Program-made: the position numbers and the translations under genes
Assembly: GCA_947073645.1 (NCBI GenBank)
Contig: CAMTMK010000009.1
Location: forward strand, 812-64,811
Reading direction: 5' to 3'
Origin: an uncultured bacterium
GTDB lineage: Bacteria; Cyanobacteriota; Vampirovibrionia; Gastranaerophilales; Gastranaerophilaceae
DNA length: 64,000 nt
Shown here: in pieces, positions 28,888 to 38,903 of the stretch
How the letters are laid out: each line of letters starts with the position of its first letter
How positions within the stretch are numbered: the first letter of the stretch is position 1
Notes under the pieces: generated by a model
Told to the model about the DNA's origin: nothing
The model's database searches: none
What the model saw: only the letters and a program-made list of their open reading frames with translations

Positions 28888-29958
28888 ATGAAAATTAATC
28901 CTATAAATCTTTATAATTTTACCACCCCGCAATCCCGAGATAGGGGCAGTTCTTTACCAAATATTCAAAACAGACAATTTGACTATAGCCTTGCAGAAAC
29001 TTTAGGCAGAAGTCAGGTAAATTTTGAAGGCAGAATTAATCAAGAAAAACAATATCAAGAATATGATAAAAGGTTTATTGATACTGTTGCTCAAAATTTG
29101 AGATTGTCGGATGAAGATAAACAAAGACTTACATCTAATGTTCAAACATTTTTGGAAATTAACGGGTTTAAATCTCTTGAAGATATAGCAGGTGATAAAA
29201 ATCATGAATTACAAGCTGATTTTATTTCAGAATTAGGTGATGATATTTGCCGGTCTGATTTTGATTATAATATTTTGTCAGATGCTTTTCATGACAGAAT
29301 GTATTATGACGGACAATATCAGCCCAAAGTAGATTTGTATGAAAAGGATTATGAAATCGTTGACCATATTTTGGATAAATATGGTATGGATGAAATTAAA
29401 AAAGCAGAAATGTTTGATGTAATGAAAATGCATGCAGATGCTTTGGGCGGTGAAACAGTTTTTGATTTATTTAAACCTGAAAATGACCCTGTAGTTTTTA
29501 TGGATTTAATTAAAGACCAATTAGGGTATGATAAAGATTTGACTGTTGATTTGTTAATTGATTTTGGATGTATGGCGAAAAAAGATGCCAAAGCCCGTCA
29601 AGAAGGAATCTATCCTTGGAAAATGACTGCACTGATGAACAAACAAGCAAAAGACGAAGCTATTGCTTGTGAAATTATTGGTGAGTATGATTTGGAAGGC
29701 GATGATTTCTATAAAGGTTCACTAAACGAATTCAATGATGATGACGAATTAGATGACAACGATGATGAAGTTGAAGAAACTAAAAACACCATGGAAGAAA
29801 TTGCCGAACAACTCAACAGACGCCGAGATGGTGTTAGTGTCGAACAAATTTCATATGAGCTTATGGAAAAGTATAATTTACCTTCAGAAGCATATGAATT
29901 CATAAAAAATACCATTTATGGTTATGATACTGATATGCTTGATGATAGTGTAGATTAA
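28888..29958 (+). CDS. Acidic hypothetical protein
   Basis: Long ORF, MKINPINL...VNFEG N-terminus, Asp/Glu-rich. Confidence 0.7.
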   Translation: MKINPINLYNFTTPQSRDRGSSLPNIQNRQFDYSLAETLGRSQVNFEGRINQEKQYQEYDKRFIDTVAQNLRLSDEDKQRLTSNVQTFLEINGFKSLEDIAGDKNHELQADFISELGDDICRSDFDYNILSDAFHDRMYYDGQYQPKVDLYEKDYEIVDHILDKYGMDEIKKAEMFDVMKMHADALGGETVFDLFKPENDPVVFMDLIKDQLGYDKDLTVDLLIDFGCMAKKDAKARQEGIYPWKMTALMNKQAKDEAIACEIIGEYDLEGDDFYKGSLNEFNDDDELDDNDDEVEETKNTMEEIAEQLNRRRDGVSVEQISYELMEKYNLPSEAYEFIKNTIYGYDTDMLDDSVD

Positions 29959-30227
29959 ACATTATGCATATTATCAAAAATTTCTTTGCGTTGAACCCAA
30001 ATTTCCAGTCCTAACTTTTCACCTGTTTGGGTTAAGGCATCTTTAATTTCTTTGAAATTGCTTTTTGATGCAGAGATATTACACAGCATAAACATTACAA
30101 AATGTCCCTGCATCAATGTTTGTTTGATATCTTCAATGTTAACTTCATGTTCAGCAAGTACGTTAACAACTGCTGCTACGATACCGATTTTATCTACACC
30201 TTGAACTGTAATAATAATTTGTGACAT
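29955..30227 (-). CDS. ACT domain protein (UPF0237-like)
   Basis: ITVQGVDKIGIVA, NIEDIKQT, QRKEIFDNMHNV. Confidence 0.88.
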   Translation of the reverse strand: MSQIIITVQGVDKIGIVAAVVNVLAEHEVNIEDIKQTLMQGHFVMFMLCNISASKSNFKEIKDALTQTGEKLGLEIWVQRKEIFDNMHNV

Positions 30228-31741
30228 TATTTCATTCCTACTAATTTACCAATATTATGTCTTTTGCAGTAATCTTTAAAATCTGCATTAATTTCAGGTG
30301 ACAATAAATACAATGCAATAATGTTTGGAACAGACATTGCAATCATCATAGCATCTGTAATATTGATTACTGATGCAACGTTCATTGCAGAACCTACAAC
30401 GATAAATAAACAGTAAATTACGTCGAATGACAAGTTACGTTTGTGACCTTCACCAACTAAGAATGTCCATGCTTTTTGTCCGTAATATGCCCAAGAAATC
30501 AATGTTGATAAAGCAAATAAGATTACAACAACCGATAAAATATATGGGAAGAACGAAATTACTGATTGGAAAGCTGAACTTGCAAGTTCTATACCTGAAA
30601 TCTGCCCAACCTGTGTTTGGTCCAAAATTCCCGAAAATACAATTGCGAATGAAGTTAGCAAACAAAGAATACCTGTCAATAAAGTTTCTAACAATGCAAC
30701 GAAACCTTGAGAAATAGGTTCGTTAGTTTTAACTGTTGCATAAGCAATTGCAGCAGCACCTGTACCGGCTTCGTTAGATTGAACAGAACGTCTTAAACCA
30801 ATAATGATAGTTCCGAAAACACCGCCAGCTACAGCATGTGGTGAGAATGCTTCTCTAACTATTAAAGCAATTGCATGCGGAATATGAACGAAGTTTGCAA
30901 ATATTACAATCAAACCTGCACCGATATATAAGAAGCACATTGCAGGAACAAGGATTGTTGTGATTTTAGAAATACTTTTGATACCGTCAACAACAGCAAG
31001 CCATACAAGAACAGCAATTAATAAACCAAATACCCATGCATATCCAAACATAAAGCTGTTTTCACCGCCTGTGATTAAAATAAGCTGATGTGCAGACTGG
31101 TTGATTTGAATCATGTTACCGCCTGTGATAGCACCGCCGATACATAATACCGCAAATATTGCAGATAAAGGCTGACCTAACCATCTCATTTTTTTGCGTG
31201 TCAAACCGTGCGCGATATAGTGCATCGGACCGCCTGATACAGTACCGTCAAGGTTAAATCTTCTGTATTTAACGGCAAGTGATGCTTCAATAAATTTGAT
31301 AGACATTCCTAAAAATGCACCTGCAAAAATCCAGAATGCAGCACCGGGACCTCCGATAGAAATAGAAATTGCAACACCTGCAATACTTCCGATACCGATA
31401 GTTCCCGACAATGCTGTAGCAAGTGCCTGGAATGATGAAACTTCACCGTTTGAATCATCAGAGTTTTTGTCAGCAGGTTTAGCAACAACGTCAATAGCGT
31501 GTTTCAAACCCCATAATGAAACTCCTTTGAAAAATATTGTAAAAAATATACCTGCGAACAAAATCCAGAAAATAATAATCGGCACATTTGACCCGAAGAA
31601 ATTAACAGGATAAAAAATCACATTTGCCACCGCATCGGACACAGGGGCAATATGTTTATCCATAAACGCATCCACGTTAAAAGCAAAAGCTTGCTGGATG
31701 TTAAATAAAAGTGTCAAAAGTACGATTAAAAATTTGTTCAT
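30227..31741 (-). CDS. Alanine/glycine:cation symporter (AGCS family)
   Basis: SSFQALATALSGTIG, GGPGAAFW, GGPMHY, SNEAGTG. Confidence 0.93.
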   Translation of the reverse strand: MNKFLIVLLTLLFNIQQAFAFNVDAFMDKHIAPVSDAVANVIFYPVNFFGSNVPIIIFWILFAGIFFTIFFKGVSLWGLKHAIDVVAKPADKNSDDSNGEVSSFQALATALSGTIGIGSIAGVAISISIGGPGAAFWIFAGAFLGMSIKFIEASLAVKYRRFNLDGTVSGGPMHYIAHGLTRKKMRWLGQPLSAIFAVLCIGGAITGGNMIQINQSAHQLILITGGENSFMFGYAWVFGLLIAVLVWLAVVDGIKSISKITTILVPAMCFLYIGAGLIVIFANFVHIPHAIALIVREAFSPHAVAGGVFGTIIIGLRRSVQSNEAGTGAAAIAYATVKTNEPISQGFVALLETLLTGILCLLTSFAIVFSGILDQTQVGQISGIELASSAFQSVISFFPYILSVVVILFALSTLISWAYYGQKAWTFLVGEGHKRNLSFDVIYCLFIVVGSAMNVASVINITDAMMIAMSVPNIIALYLLSPEINADFKDYCKRHNIGKLVGMK

Positions 31742-31839
31742 CTATTTGTTTCCTTCTCTAAATATACCCGGCTTTTTTAAAGGGTAAAAAACCAACTCTT
31801 ATAATTGTAGCAGAAACATGGAAATCAGGTGTCAAATGG

Positions 31840-32892
31840 TTACAAAATCTTAAAGATTTGTTGCAAATAGTTATCAGCGCATTGTTGTGGTGTGAGGGTG
31901 TGAATGGTGTTAAAAGCTTTCTCGCGCAAAGCTTTGCGCTCATCAATGGTGAGTGAATTTATTTTATCAAGGGTTTGTTTTACATTTTCAGGTTCTGTTA
32001 AAAATCCGTTTTCTCCATCGATTATAATTCCGTCTATGCCGTCGTTTTTTGTGCAGACTGTAATACATCCTTGTGACATGGCTTCTAAGTATACCATACC
32101 AAAAGTTTCACCGATACTTGGCAGGATAAAAACATCATTCTTTCGCATTTCTTCTAATACTTTATCAGGCTCCAGCCAGCCTGTGAAATTTACCTCAGGG
32201 TCAAGTTTTTCAAGGTTTTTACGAAGTTTTCCGCCACCAATTACAGTTAATTCATAGTTTCCTTTGCAGGCTTTGATTACTTTATCTATGTTTTTGCGTT
32301 TTTTAAAATTTGCGCAGGTTAAAACTTTGATTTTGTCGTGGTTTTCACGCAACATGGGTTGTGGTGCTGAAATTCCTGACGGTGCAATAAAAGTTTTTTC
32401 TTCGAATTCAGGGAACAATTTCAGTAACTTTTTTTGTATTACATACGAACGGCAGGCAATGGCTTTTGCATTGCATAGTGCAGTTTTTAACCGTTTTTGA
32501 AAATGGAATTTGTATAACGGATTTGTTAAAACTTCTAAGTCAGAATTGTGTATTCCTGCGATAAACGGCATATTCAGTTTATCGGCATATAAAATCCCTG
32601 ACGGCATGTGGGCGATTACTATATCGTATTGTATGGCGGTTTTTTTAATTTTCCAAAACGGTGTCCAAAAATTAAGGTTTAAAACATTTCCATATTTGCC
32701 TGATTTGTAAAAAGGTTTTCCTCTTAAAAATGAGTTTAAAATAAAATTCGGTTTTATAACATCAACTTCGTGTCCTGCGTTTTGCCATTCTGTGACAAAA
32801 GAAAAAAGTGTCCGCGGAGTTGTTTTTTCGTTTTCCTTTACGGGATATAAATCTGTTATAAAAAGAATTTTCATAAATGAATTATAGCCCAA
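31840..32892 (-). CDS. Glycosyltransferase family 4
   Basis: KRKNID, DVFILPSIGETFGMVYLEAMSQG. Confidence 0.9.
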   Translation of the reverse strand: MGYNSFMKILFITDLYPVKENEKTTPRTLFSFVTEWQNAGHEVDVIKPNFILNSFLRGKPFYKSGKYGNVLNLNFWTPFWKIKKTAIQYDIVIAHMPSGILYADKLNMPFIAGIHNSDLEVLTNPLYKFHFQKRLKTALCNAKAIACRSYVIQKKLLKLFPEFEEKTFIAPSGISAPQPMLRENHDKIKVLTCANFKKRKNIDKVIKACKGNYELTVIGGGKLRKNLEKLDPEVNFTGWLEPDKVLEEMRKNDVFILPSIGETFGMVYLEAMSQGCITVCTKNDGIDGIIIDGENGFLTEPENVKQTLDKINSLTIDERKALREKAFNTIHTLTPQQCADNYLQQIFKIL

Positions 32893-32914
32893 TCGGCTTG
32901 TCTTGTAAATCTTT

Positions 32915-33412
32915 TTGGGTTATGATGTCATTATGGACTATAAAGACTATCTTAATCAGGGAATTCAGGAAACAAACGAGGGAAAATTTGATGAGGCTTT
33001 GCATTCGTTAAGTCGTGCGGTTGGGTTAAAGCCTGACAGTGCGGTTGCTTATTTTTCGTTAGCGATTGTATATCATAATATGAATGAGGTTGTTTCAGCT
33101 TATGATAATTATTCAAAAGCGATTGAGTTTAATCCTGACATGATTGATGCATATTTTAACCGCGGACAGGTGATTTTGCTGGGTGAAGACCCGAGTGATA
33201 TCAAGTTGAATATGGCTTTAAGAGATTTTCAAAAAGCGGGTGAACTTGATTCAAAATTTATTGATGCATTTTATTATTCAGCAGTAGTTCAAAAGAAACT
33301 TGAGGATTATCAGGGAGCATTGGAAAACCTTGATAAAGCGCTTGCAATAGACCCGAACGCTGTTTATTCAAGAGCTTTGAAGAAATTGATTTTACAGAAG
33401 TATATTAAATAG
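32915..33412 (+). CDS. TPR-repeat protein
   Basis: KAIEFNPDMIDAYFNRG and similar repeats. Confidence 0.85.
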   Translation: MGYDVIMDYKDYLNQGIQETNEGKFDEALHSLSRAVGLKPDSAVAYFSLAIVYHNMNEVVSAYDNYSKAIEFNPDMIDAYFNRGQVILLGEDPSDIKLNMALRDFQKAGELDSKFIDAFYYSAVVQKKLEDYQGALENLDKALAIDPNAVYSRALKKLILQKYIK

Positions 33413-34336
33413 TTTTTTTAGTTTGATTATTTTTTCATAAGATTTTTCGATATTTTCTCGAAGTTCTTTATCGGTTTTAGCTTTTTCTGCAATTTTTTCG
33501 ATTATCTCGATTGTTTCGGGAGTGGAGTTTCTGTAGATAAACATATTCAATCCTGCACGGATACCTCTTTCGCAAGCGTTTTCAATGTCAGCACCTGACA
33601 TGACCATATCGTCTGATATTGCAATGCCTTCAAAACCGAGATTACGCAAATATGAAATAGCGTTTTTGCTTAAACTTGTCGGAATAACATCTTTTTCAAA
33701 ACATGTGCAGTGAAGATGTGCTACCATTACCATTTCGATTGTATTGGCGCAAGCTTTGAAGGGTGCAATATGCTCTTGCATTTCATCAAGTGTCAAATCA
33801 ATTCTCGGCAAGGTTAAGTGGCTGTCAGCGTTTGCATCACCGTGCCCCGGGAAATGTTTTACACAGGGGATAATCCCGTTTTCGCGGTATGTTTGCGAAA
33901 CGATTTTTTCGCATTGGATAACATCGTTTGCATTATCGGAAAATGCGCGCTCGCCGATTATAGGGTTGTTCGGATTTGTGTTTACGTCAATACAGGGGGC
34001 AAAGTTCAGGTTTATACCGTAACTTTTGAGCTCCTGTGCAATTTCTTGGGTTTGCTCTTTTAAAACTCCTTTTGAATGAGCGTATTTTGCGGACAAATAT
34101 TTTTTACCATTATGAATATTTTCGGTGCGTTCAACCCTTCCGCCTTCTTGGTCAATTGACAAAAATGGGGGAATAAGCGATTTTGCCTTAATCTCCTCAA
34201 TTAAAGTGCGAAACTGTTCGGGAGATTTGATATCTTTTGTAAAAAAGATTATCCCACCCAAACCTTCTTTGAGGGCTTGTTCATAGCCGTCGCCGTCACA
34301 GCCTAAAATAAACATTTGGTATAATTTTTGTTTCAT
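33392..34336 (-). CDS. nagZ: GH3 beta-N-acetylhexosaminidase
   Basis: SIDQEGGRVER, NFAPCID, KHFPGHG..ADSH, SDDMVM. Confidence 0.88.
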   Translation of the reverse strand: MKQKLYQMFILGCDGDGYEQALKEGLGGIIFFTKDIKSPEQFRTLIEEIKAKSLIPPFLSIDQEGGRVERTENIHNGKKYLSAKYAHSKGVLKEQTQEIAQELKSYGINLNFAPCIDVNTNPNNPIIGERAFSDNANDVIQCEKIVSQTYRENGIIPCVKHFPGHGDANADSHLTLPRIDLTLDEMQEHIAPFKACANTIEMVMVAHLHCTCFEKDVIPTSLSKNAISYLRNLGFEGIAISDDMVMSGADIENACERGIRAGLNMFIYRNSTPETIEIIEKIAEKAKTDKELRENIEKSYEKIIKLKKLFNILL

Positions 34337-34899
34337 AAAATTTGTCCTGCAAGTGGTAATAATTCGTTCAGTTTGCCGTTTTCACAAACTTTTTCAATCT
34401 CTTTATTAACTTTTTCCAAATCAGCAGAAGTTTTTAAAGTTGACGGGATTTTGATATCATTGGTTGTTTGAGTTTTAACAAACCCCTCATTTGCTTTTAA
34501 AAATTCTCTGTATGCTGTAAGAATTTTTGAATAAGCTTCGTCTAGAACAAACTCTTGTCCTGCGTAATATTTTGCATCCTTTTTAAGCTGTTCGGTATAT
34601 TCTATAATGAAATCGACTTCTGATAAACTTTCATTCTCGTCATATTCTCCGCCAAAACAAAGATTATTTAAAATTTTTGCATTATCAAACTGCTTTATAT
34701 AAATTGCCCAAAGCATACAACCCAAATAAAATCCTATGTATGTTTTCAATAATGATTGAATTTTCGGATAAAACATTTTGAAATGTTGTTTTTTCTGATT
34801 AAAATTTCTAAATTGTTCGAGTGTATTGTAAACGTATTCAATGTTTGGAACAAATGCTGACATGTGCTGAATAAATCCCGGGTCAAATTTTACTTCCAT
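34333..34899 (-). CDS. Hypothetical protein
   Basis: 188-aa ORF overlapping both neighbours in an operon. Confidence 0.75.
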   Translation of the reverse strand: MEVKFDPGFIQHMSAFVPNIEYVYNTLEQFRNFNQKKQHFKMFYPKIQSLLKTYIGFYLGCMLWAIYIKQFDNAKILNNLCFGGEYDENESLSEVDFIIEYTEQLKKDAKYYAGQEFVLDEAYSKILTAYREFLKANEGFVKTQTTNDIKIPSTLKTSADLEKVNKEIEKVCENGKLNELLPLAGQIL

Positions 34900-36022
34900 T
34901 TTCCATTCCTTTCTTACCTTCTATAAAAGCCTTAACAACAGCGTTTGAAAATGCTCTTTTGGAACTCCAATATGATGTGTGAGCAGACATAAACGAACGT
35001 TTTGACCAAACCTTTGAGTTGTCATATACAAATCCTTTAGGTTCATTAAATTTGATATTTAAAAGTTTTTCCATATCGCTAACCGTTAAATTTCTGCTTG
35101 TCGGAAATCCCAGAGGGTCTTCGCGATAGTTAACTGTAATAAAGAATAAACCCTGTTCAATAATATATTTCATCATTAATTTGTTATAATAATTTAGTTC
35201 GTAATCAGGGTCTGCCAAATCCGAATAAAATAATACAAGAGGACTTGCATAGTTTACAACTCCCTCAAGGGTATCAACAGGTGCGCAGGCAGTTTCTGTT
35301 ATTTCTTGTATTTTTAAGTAGTTTTTTTGAATATCATCATCAGAATTTTTAAACAAAAGATGACCGTCTTCGGAAACAATCCCTATTCCTGCTTTTGAAA
35401 GTGCAGAAATGCAGGTGGTTTTTGACGGATGTTCTTTTACAAATTTTCTTACATTGTCGTTTACGTTAATTACATTAAATAAATCTTCGGCATTAATATA
35501 TCTCAATTTGTTGAACATATATTCATAAGTAATGAATGTTCCTGCAGAATATCCGTAGAGAATTACTTTATTGCCTTTTTCAGCCTCTTTGATTACAACA
35601 TCGTTCAAGTCATCAAGGATTGGGAGCATATTGTGTTTTTTTTGAACCCAAATTTCATCGTGCAGACAGGATGCAATAACAGAACGCACTGTATATGCCA
35701 AGGTTGGACAAAGGGCTTTTGTTAAATCAAGTTGTTTTTGTACAAATTCCAAATCTTTTTTGCTCTTGTCTCCCCAGAAAAAAATAACAGGTTCTTCATT
35801 GATTTTATATTCCGGATTGTCTGCGAAAAAAGCGTTGATTTCAGGATTTTTTTCGAACTTTTGTTTAAGTGTCGGATGAAGTTTTTTGATGCCTGTCTCG
35901 AACCAGTTTTGAGATTTTTCGTCATTGTTATTTGAGCCGTTTATGTATAAAAAACTTACACCTGCAAAGCAAATATTTTGCAATAAAATAAGTCCTAAAA
36001 TTAACCCTAAAATCTTTTTCAT
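34883..36022 (-). CDS. Exported alpha/beta-hydrolase-like protein
   Basis: Signal peptide; GYSAG (GxSxG), DPLG, AHTSYW. Confidence 0.6.
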   Translation of the reverse strand: MKKILGLILGLILLQNICFAGVSFLYINGSNNNDEKSQNWFETGIKKLHPTLKQKFEKNPEINAFFADNPEYKINEEPVIFFWGDKSKKDLEFVQKQLDLTKALCPTLAYTVRSVIASCLHDEIWVQKKHNMLPILDDLNDVVIKEAEKGNKVILYGYSAGTFITYEYMFNKLRYINAEDLFNVINVNDNVRKFVKEHPSKTTCISALSKAGIGIVSEDGHLLFKNSDDDIQKNYLKIQEITETACAPVDTLEGVVNYASPLVLFYSDLADPDYELNYYNKLMMKYIIEQGLFFITVNYREDPLGFPTSRNLTVSDMEKLLNIKFNEPKGFVYDNSKVWSKRSFMSAHTSYWSSKRAFSNAVVKAFIEGKKGMENGSKI

Positions 36023-36040
36023 AAATATATTTTAGCATAA

Positions 36041-36062
36041 AAAAAGGGCTTTCGCCCTTTTC
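36041..36062 (-). terminator. Intrinsic terminator after the aquaporin gene
   Basis: AAAAAGGGC-TTTC-GCCCTTTT. Confidence 0.7.
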
Positions 36063-36065
36063 TTA

Positions 36066-36692
36066 TTAATCATTTGAAGTTAACTTATAAACAAAGCCTG
36101 CAAATGCACCGCCAATGAGGTTTGCAAGAGCTGTGATGCACACTGTTTTGCATAACGCAGTTCCCATAGTCATTAAACCTAATGCTACAGCGGGATTGAA
36201 TGCGCCAAAACATGTTCCTGCAGTTGCAAATGCGCCTGCCGTAACTGTTGCGCCTATTGCTAGTCCGTAGAATGAATTGCCTTCATTGTTTCGTGCAGTA
36301 GCTGTATGTAATACAACATAGCAGAGTGCAAAAGTAAATAAGATTTCGCAAATAACTAATGCAGTTGTATTAAATTGAGTTTGCATTTCAGCAGGTTGAA
36401 CAACGACAAGATAAGTAACCAACAAACCTGCTAAAGCACCGCCTAAAAGCTGTGCAATCCAATATGGCAGAATATCACGCCAGGGCAGTGCACCACGGAT
36501 TGCGCAAGCCAAAGATACTGCAGGGTTGTAATGTCCGCCTGATACGTGACCTCCTGCATAAACCATTGCCATTAAGATAAAACCGATTGCGATTGCGGGA
36601 ATTACACCGCTTCCGTTAGAAAATACGGTACAGCCTACTGTTAGAATTAAAAAGAATGTACCAATAAATTCAACCAATAATTTTTTAAACAT
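36066..36692 (-). CDS. Aquaporin (MIP family)
   Basis: SGGHYNPAV and FNPAV double NPA; six TM. Confidence 0.93.
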   Translation of the reverse strand: MFKKLLVEFIGTFFLILTVGCTVFSNGSGVIPAIAIGFILMAMVYAGGHVSGGHYNPAVSLACAIRGALPWRDILPYWIAQLLGGALAGLLVTYLVVVQPAEMQTQFNTTALVICEILFTFALCYVVLHTATARNNEGNSFYGLAIGATVTAGAFATAGTCFGAFNPAVALGLMTMGTALCKTVCITALANLIGGAFAGFVYKLTSND

Positions 36693-36768
36693 TTTTTACC
36701 CTCCTTGTTTGCAAGTTTAACATATTTACGATTTTACGGCAATCAATATTTTGTGGTACAATTGAGCT

Positions 36769-37437
36769 ATGTTTTATTTTGATGAAATTAACGGGAAAAA
36801 AGTCTTAAAAAGTACAGTATTAGATGGTGTAGACCATTTTTTTACAACACGCGGTTACGGTATAAAAGATATGGGGTTGGAGAATTTGGTTCATCCGACA
36901 CAGACTCACACATCCCATATTGAAACTGCACAAGAAGGAAAAGAAGATTATCCTGATACTGACGGGATGATTTTGACCAATAGGGAACAGACGCTTTATT
37001 TGAATTTTGCAGACTGCACTCCGTTAATTTTCTATGATTTTGAAAAGAATATCGGGGCAGTATCTCATGCAGGCTGGCGCGGAACTGCAGGCATGATTGG
37101 GGTTAAGACTGTCGAAAAAATGAGGAATGAATTTGATTGTAAAAATATCAAATGTGCAATCGGGCCTGCAATCGGCTTTTGCTGTTATAATGTCGGGGAA
37201 GATGTTTATAGACAGCTTATGGCTACTGTAAAAAATTCGCAAGGGCTTTCTGAAGTCCGTAATGGTGAAAATTTTGTTGATTTAAAGGCTATAAATAAAC
37301 GACAGCTTAAAGAAGCGGGATTAAAAGAAATTGATGTCTGCCCGTATTGTACTGTCTGCAACAATGATTTGTTCTACTCATATCGTAAGGAAAACGGGAC
37401 AAAAAACCGTCATCATGCAGTTTTAAAGTTATTATAA
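36769..37437 (+). CDS. pgeF: YfiH/PgeF-family purine nucleoside phosphorylase (peptidoglycan editing factor)
   Basis: QTH, ADCTP, HAGWRG, IGPAIG.CCY, CTVC, SYR. Confidence 0.88.
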   Translation: MFYFDEINGKKVLKSTVLDGVDHFFTTRGYGIKDMGLENLVHPTQTHTSHIETAQEGKEDYPDTDGMILTNREQTLYLNFADCTPLIFYDFEKNIGAVSHAGWRGTAGMIGVKTVEKMRNEFDCKNIKCAIGPAIGFCCYNVGEDVYRQLMATVKNSQGLSEVRNGENFVDLKAINKRQLKEAGLKEIDVCPYCTVCNNDLFYSYRKENGTKNRHHAVLKLL

Positions 37438-38013
37438 TTTCCTCGGATAATTGTTTGGGATATGCCAGCCGTTTCGTTGAATAAGTAAACTGCAGTACCA
37501 GCCTGAAGTTTTACATTCCTCATACAAGCTTTCTTCGGTTATATTTGTAAAATATGCATAATTTGCAAAAACACCTTTTTCTATATAATTTTTAGAGATT
37601 TTTCCCTTAGGGTCGAACATAAATACAAAAGAGTTTGTGCCGTCGTTTCTTTCTTTATTATCTGTGACAAATCTCATATATGTTCCAGAATATACCATAT
37701 AAGTTCCGTCGGTAAAATATAAATATAATGATGAATTTCCGTCTTGTTTTATTTCTTTGACATTTTGCACGTATTGTTTCAGATATTTATCGTACATTTC
37801 CTGGGGAGTATTCCATTCCCAATCTTTTGCGGGTCCGTTGTCAACTTCTGCCATTTTAACAACTTGATTTATTGTAGTAAAAAATTTCCTTAATTTTGTT
37901 TCAATAACTTTTTTTCTATGGTTTTGGATAAGTGAAGGCATTGTTAATGCTGCAACTATGCCGATAATACCTAATGTAATAAGCACCTCGGCAAGAGTAA
38001 AAGCGTTTTTCAT
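37432..38013 (-). CDS. Type IV pilin-like protein, intact, no homopolymer
   Basis: MKNAFTLAEVLITLGIIGIVAALTMPSLI. Confidence 0.9.
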   Translation of the reverse strand: MKNAFTLAEVLITLGIIGIVAALTMPSLIQNHRKKVIETKLRKFFTTINQVVKMAEVDNGPAKDWEWNTPQEMYDKYLKQYVQNVKEIKQDGNSSLYLYFTDGTYMVYSGTYMRFVTDNKERNDGTNSFVFMFDPKGKISKNYIEKGVFANYAYFTNITEESLYEECKTSGWYCSLLIQRNGWHIPNNYPRKL

Positions 38014-38143
38014 ATTCTCTCCTTAATGTTTTAGCTTAAATATAAGCTAAAAATCTTATATTTCTATTAAAATCTATCACGTTATCCCATATTTGTCAAT
38101 ATTTGCTCAAAAAACGTATAATTATCTCAAATAAGAGGGAACT

Positions 38144-38356
38144 ATGTCGTCAAAAGAAGAACTTAAAATTCTTATTATGCGGGAAGCGTTAACAGTTAAA
38201 AAATTGGCTGATATGTTGTGTGAAAAAACGGGCAGGCGTTATACGCAAAGAAGTTTGCAAAATAAAATTTCTTTGAGTTCATTGAATTTTGATGAAATGG
38301 AAGATATTGCGGATTTACTGGGTTATACAATTAAAATTGAAAAAAAGATTAAATAA
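38144..38356 (+). CDS. Small HTH-like DNA-binding protein
   Basis: LTVKKLADML...TQRSLQNKI...EMEDIADLLGY; divergent from the pilin. Confidence 0.65.
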   Translation: MSSKEELKILIMREALTVKKLADMLCEKTGRRYTQRSLQNKISLSSLNFDEMEDIADLLGYTIKIEKKIK

Positions 38357-38903
38357 TATTCAAGAAGTTATTTAAAAGTTCATGTCCGCATTGGGTTAAA
38401 ATTGCTTCGGGGTGGAATTGAACTCCGTAAACAGGCAGAGTTTCGTGTTCGATTGCCATAATTATACCGTCAACGGTTTTGGCAGTAATTTTTAATGGTA
38501 CATCTTTGACTTCCAAAGAGTGATAGCGTGTTACTTCAAAACCTTGAGGCAAGCCGTTAAACAGTTTGCTTTGTTTATCAAAAAAGATTTTTGAGGTTTT
38601 GCCGTGGGTCGGGTTTGCGGATTTGATAATTTTTCCGCCGAAAAATTGTGCTATACATTGGTGTCCCAGACAAATTCCCAAAATCTTTTTTGTTTTGTAG
38701 AATTCTTTTATAATATCCATAGAAACCCCTGCCGTGTCGGGATTTCCTGCGCCGGGGGAGATTATTATGCTGTTAAAGTTAAGTTGTTTCAATTCGTTGA
38801 TTGTGATTTTGTCATTTTCAAAAATTTTCGGCTCAACTCCAAGCTCTTGCAGGTATTGGACGATGTTGTATGTGAAAGAATCGTAATTGTCAATTAAAAT
38901 CAT
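38349..38903 (-). CDS. pabA: Aminodeoxychorismate synthase glutamine amidotransferase subunit
   Basis: IDNYDSFTYN, ISPGAG, GICLGHQ, RYHSL, QFHPE; adjacent to pabB. Confidence 0.88.
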   Translation of the reverse strand: MILIDNYDSFTYNIVQYLQELGVEPKIFENDKITINELKQLNFNSIIISPGAGNPDTAGVSMDIIKEFYKTKKILGICLGHQCIAQFFGGKIIKSANPTHGKTSKIFFDKQSKLFNGLPQGFEVTRYHSLEVKDVPLKITAKTVDGIIMAIEHETLPVYGVQFHPEAILTQCGHELLNNFLNII

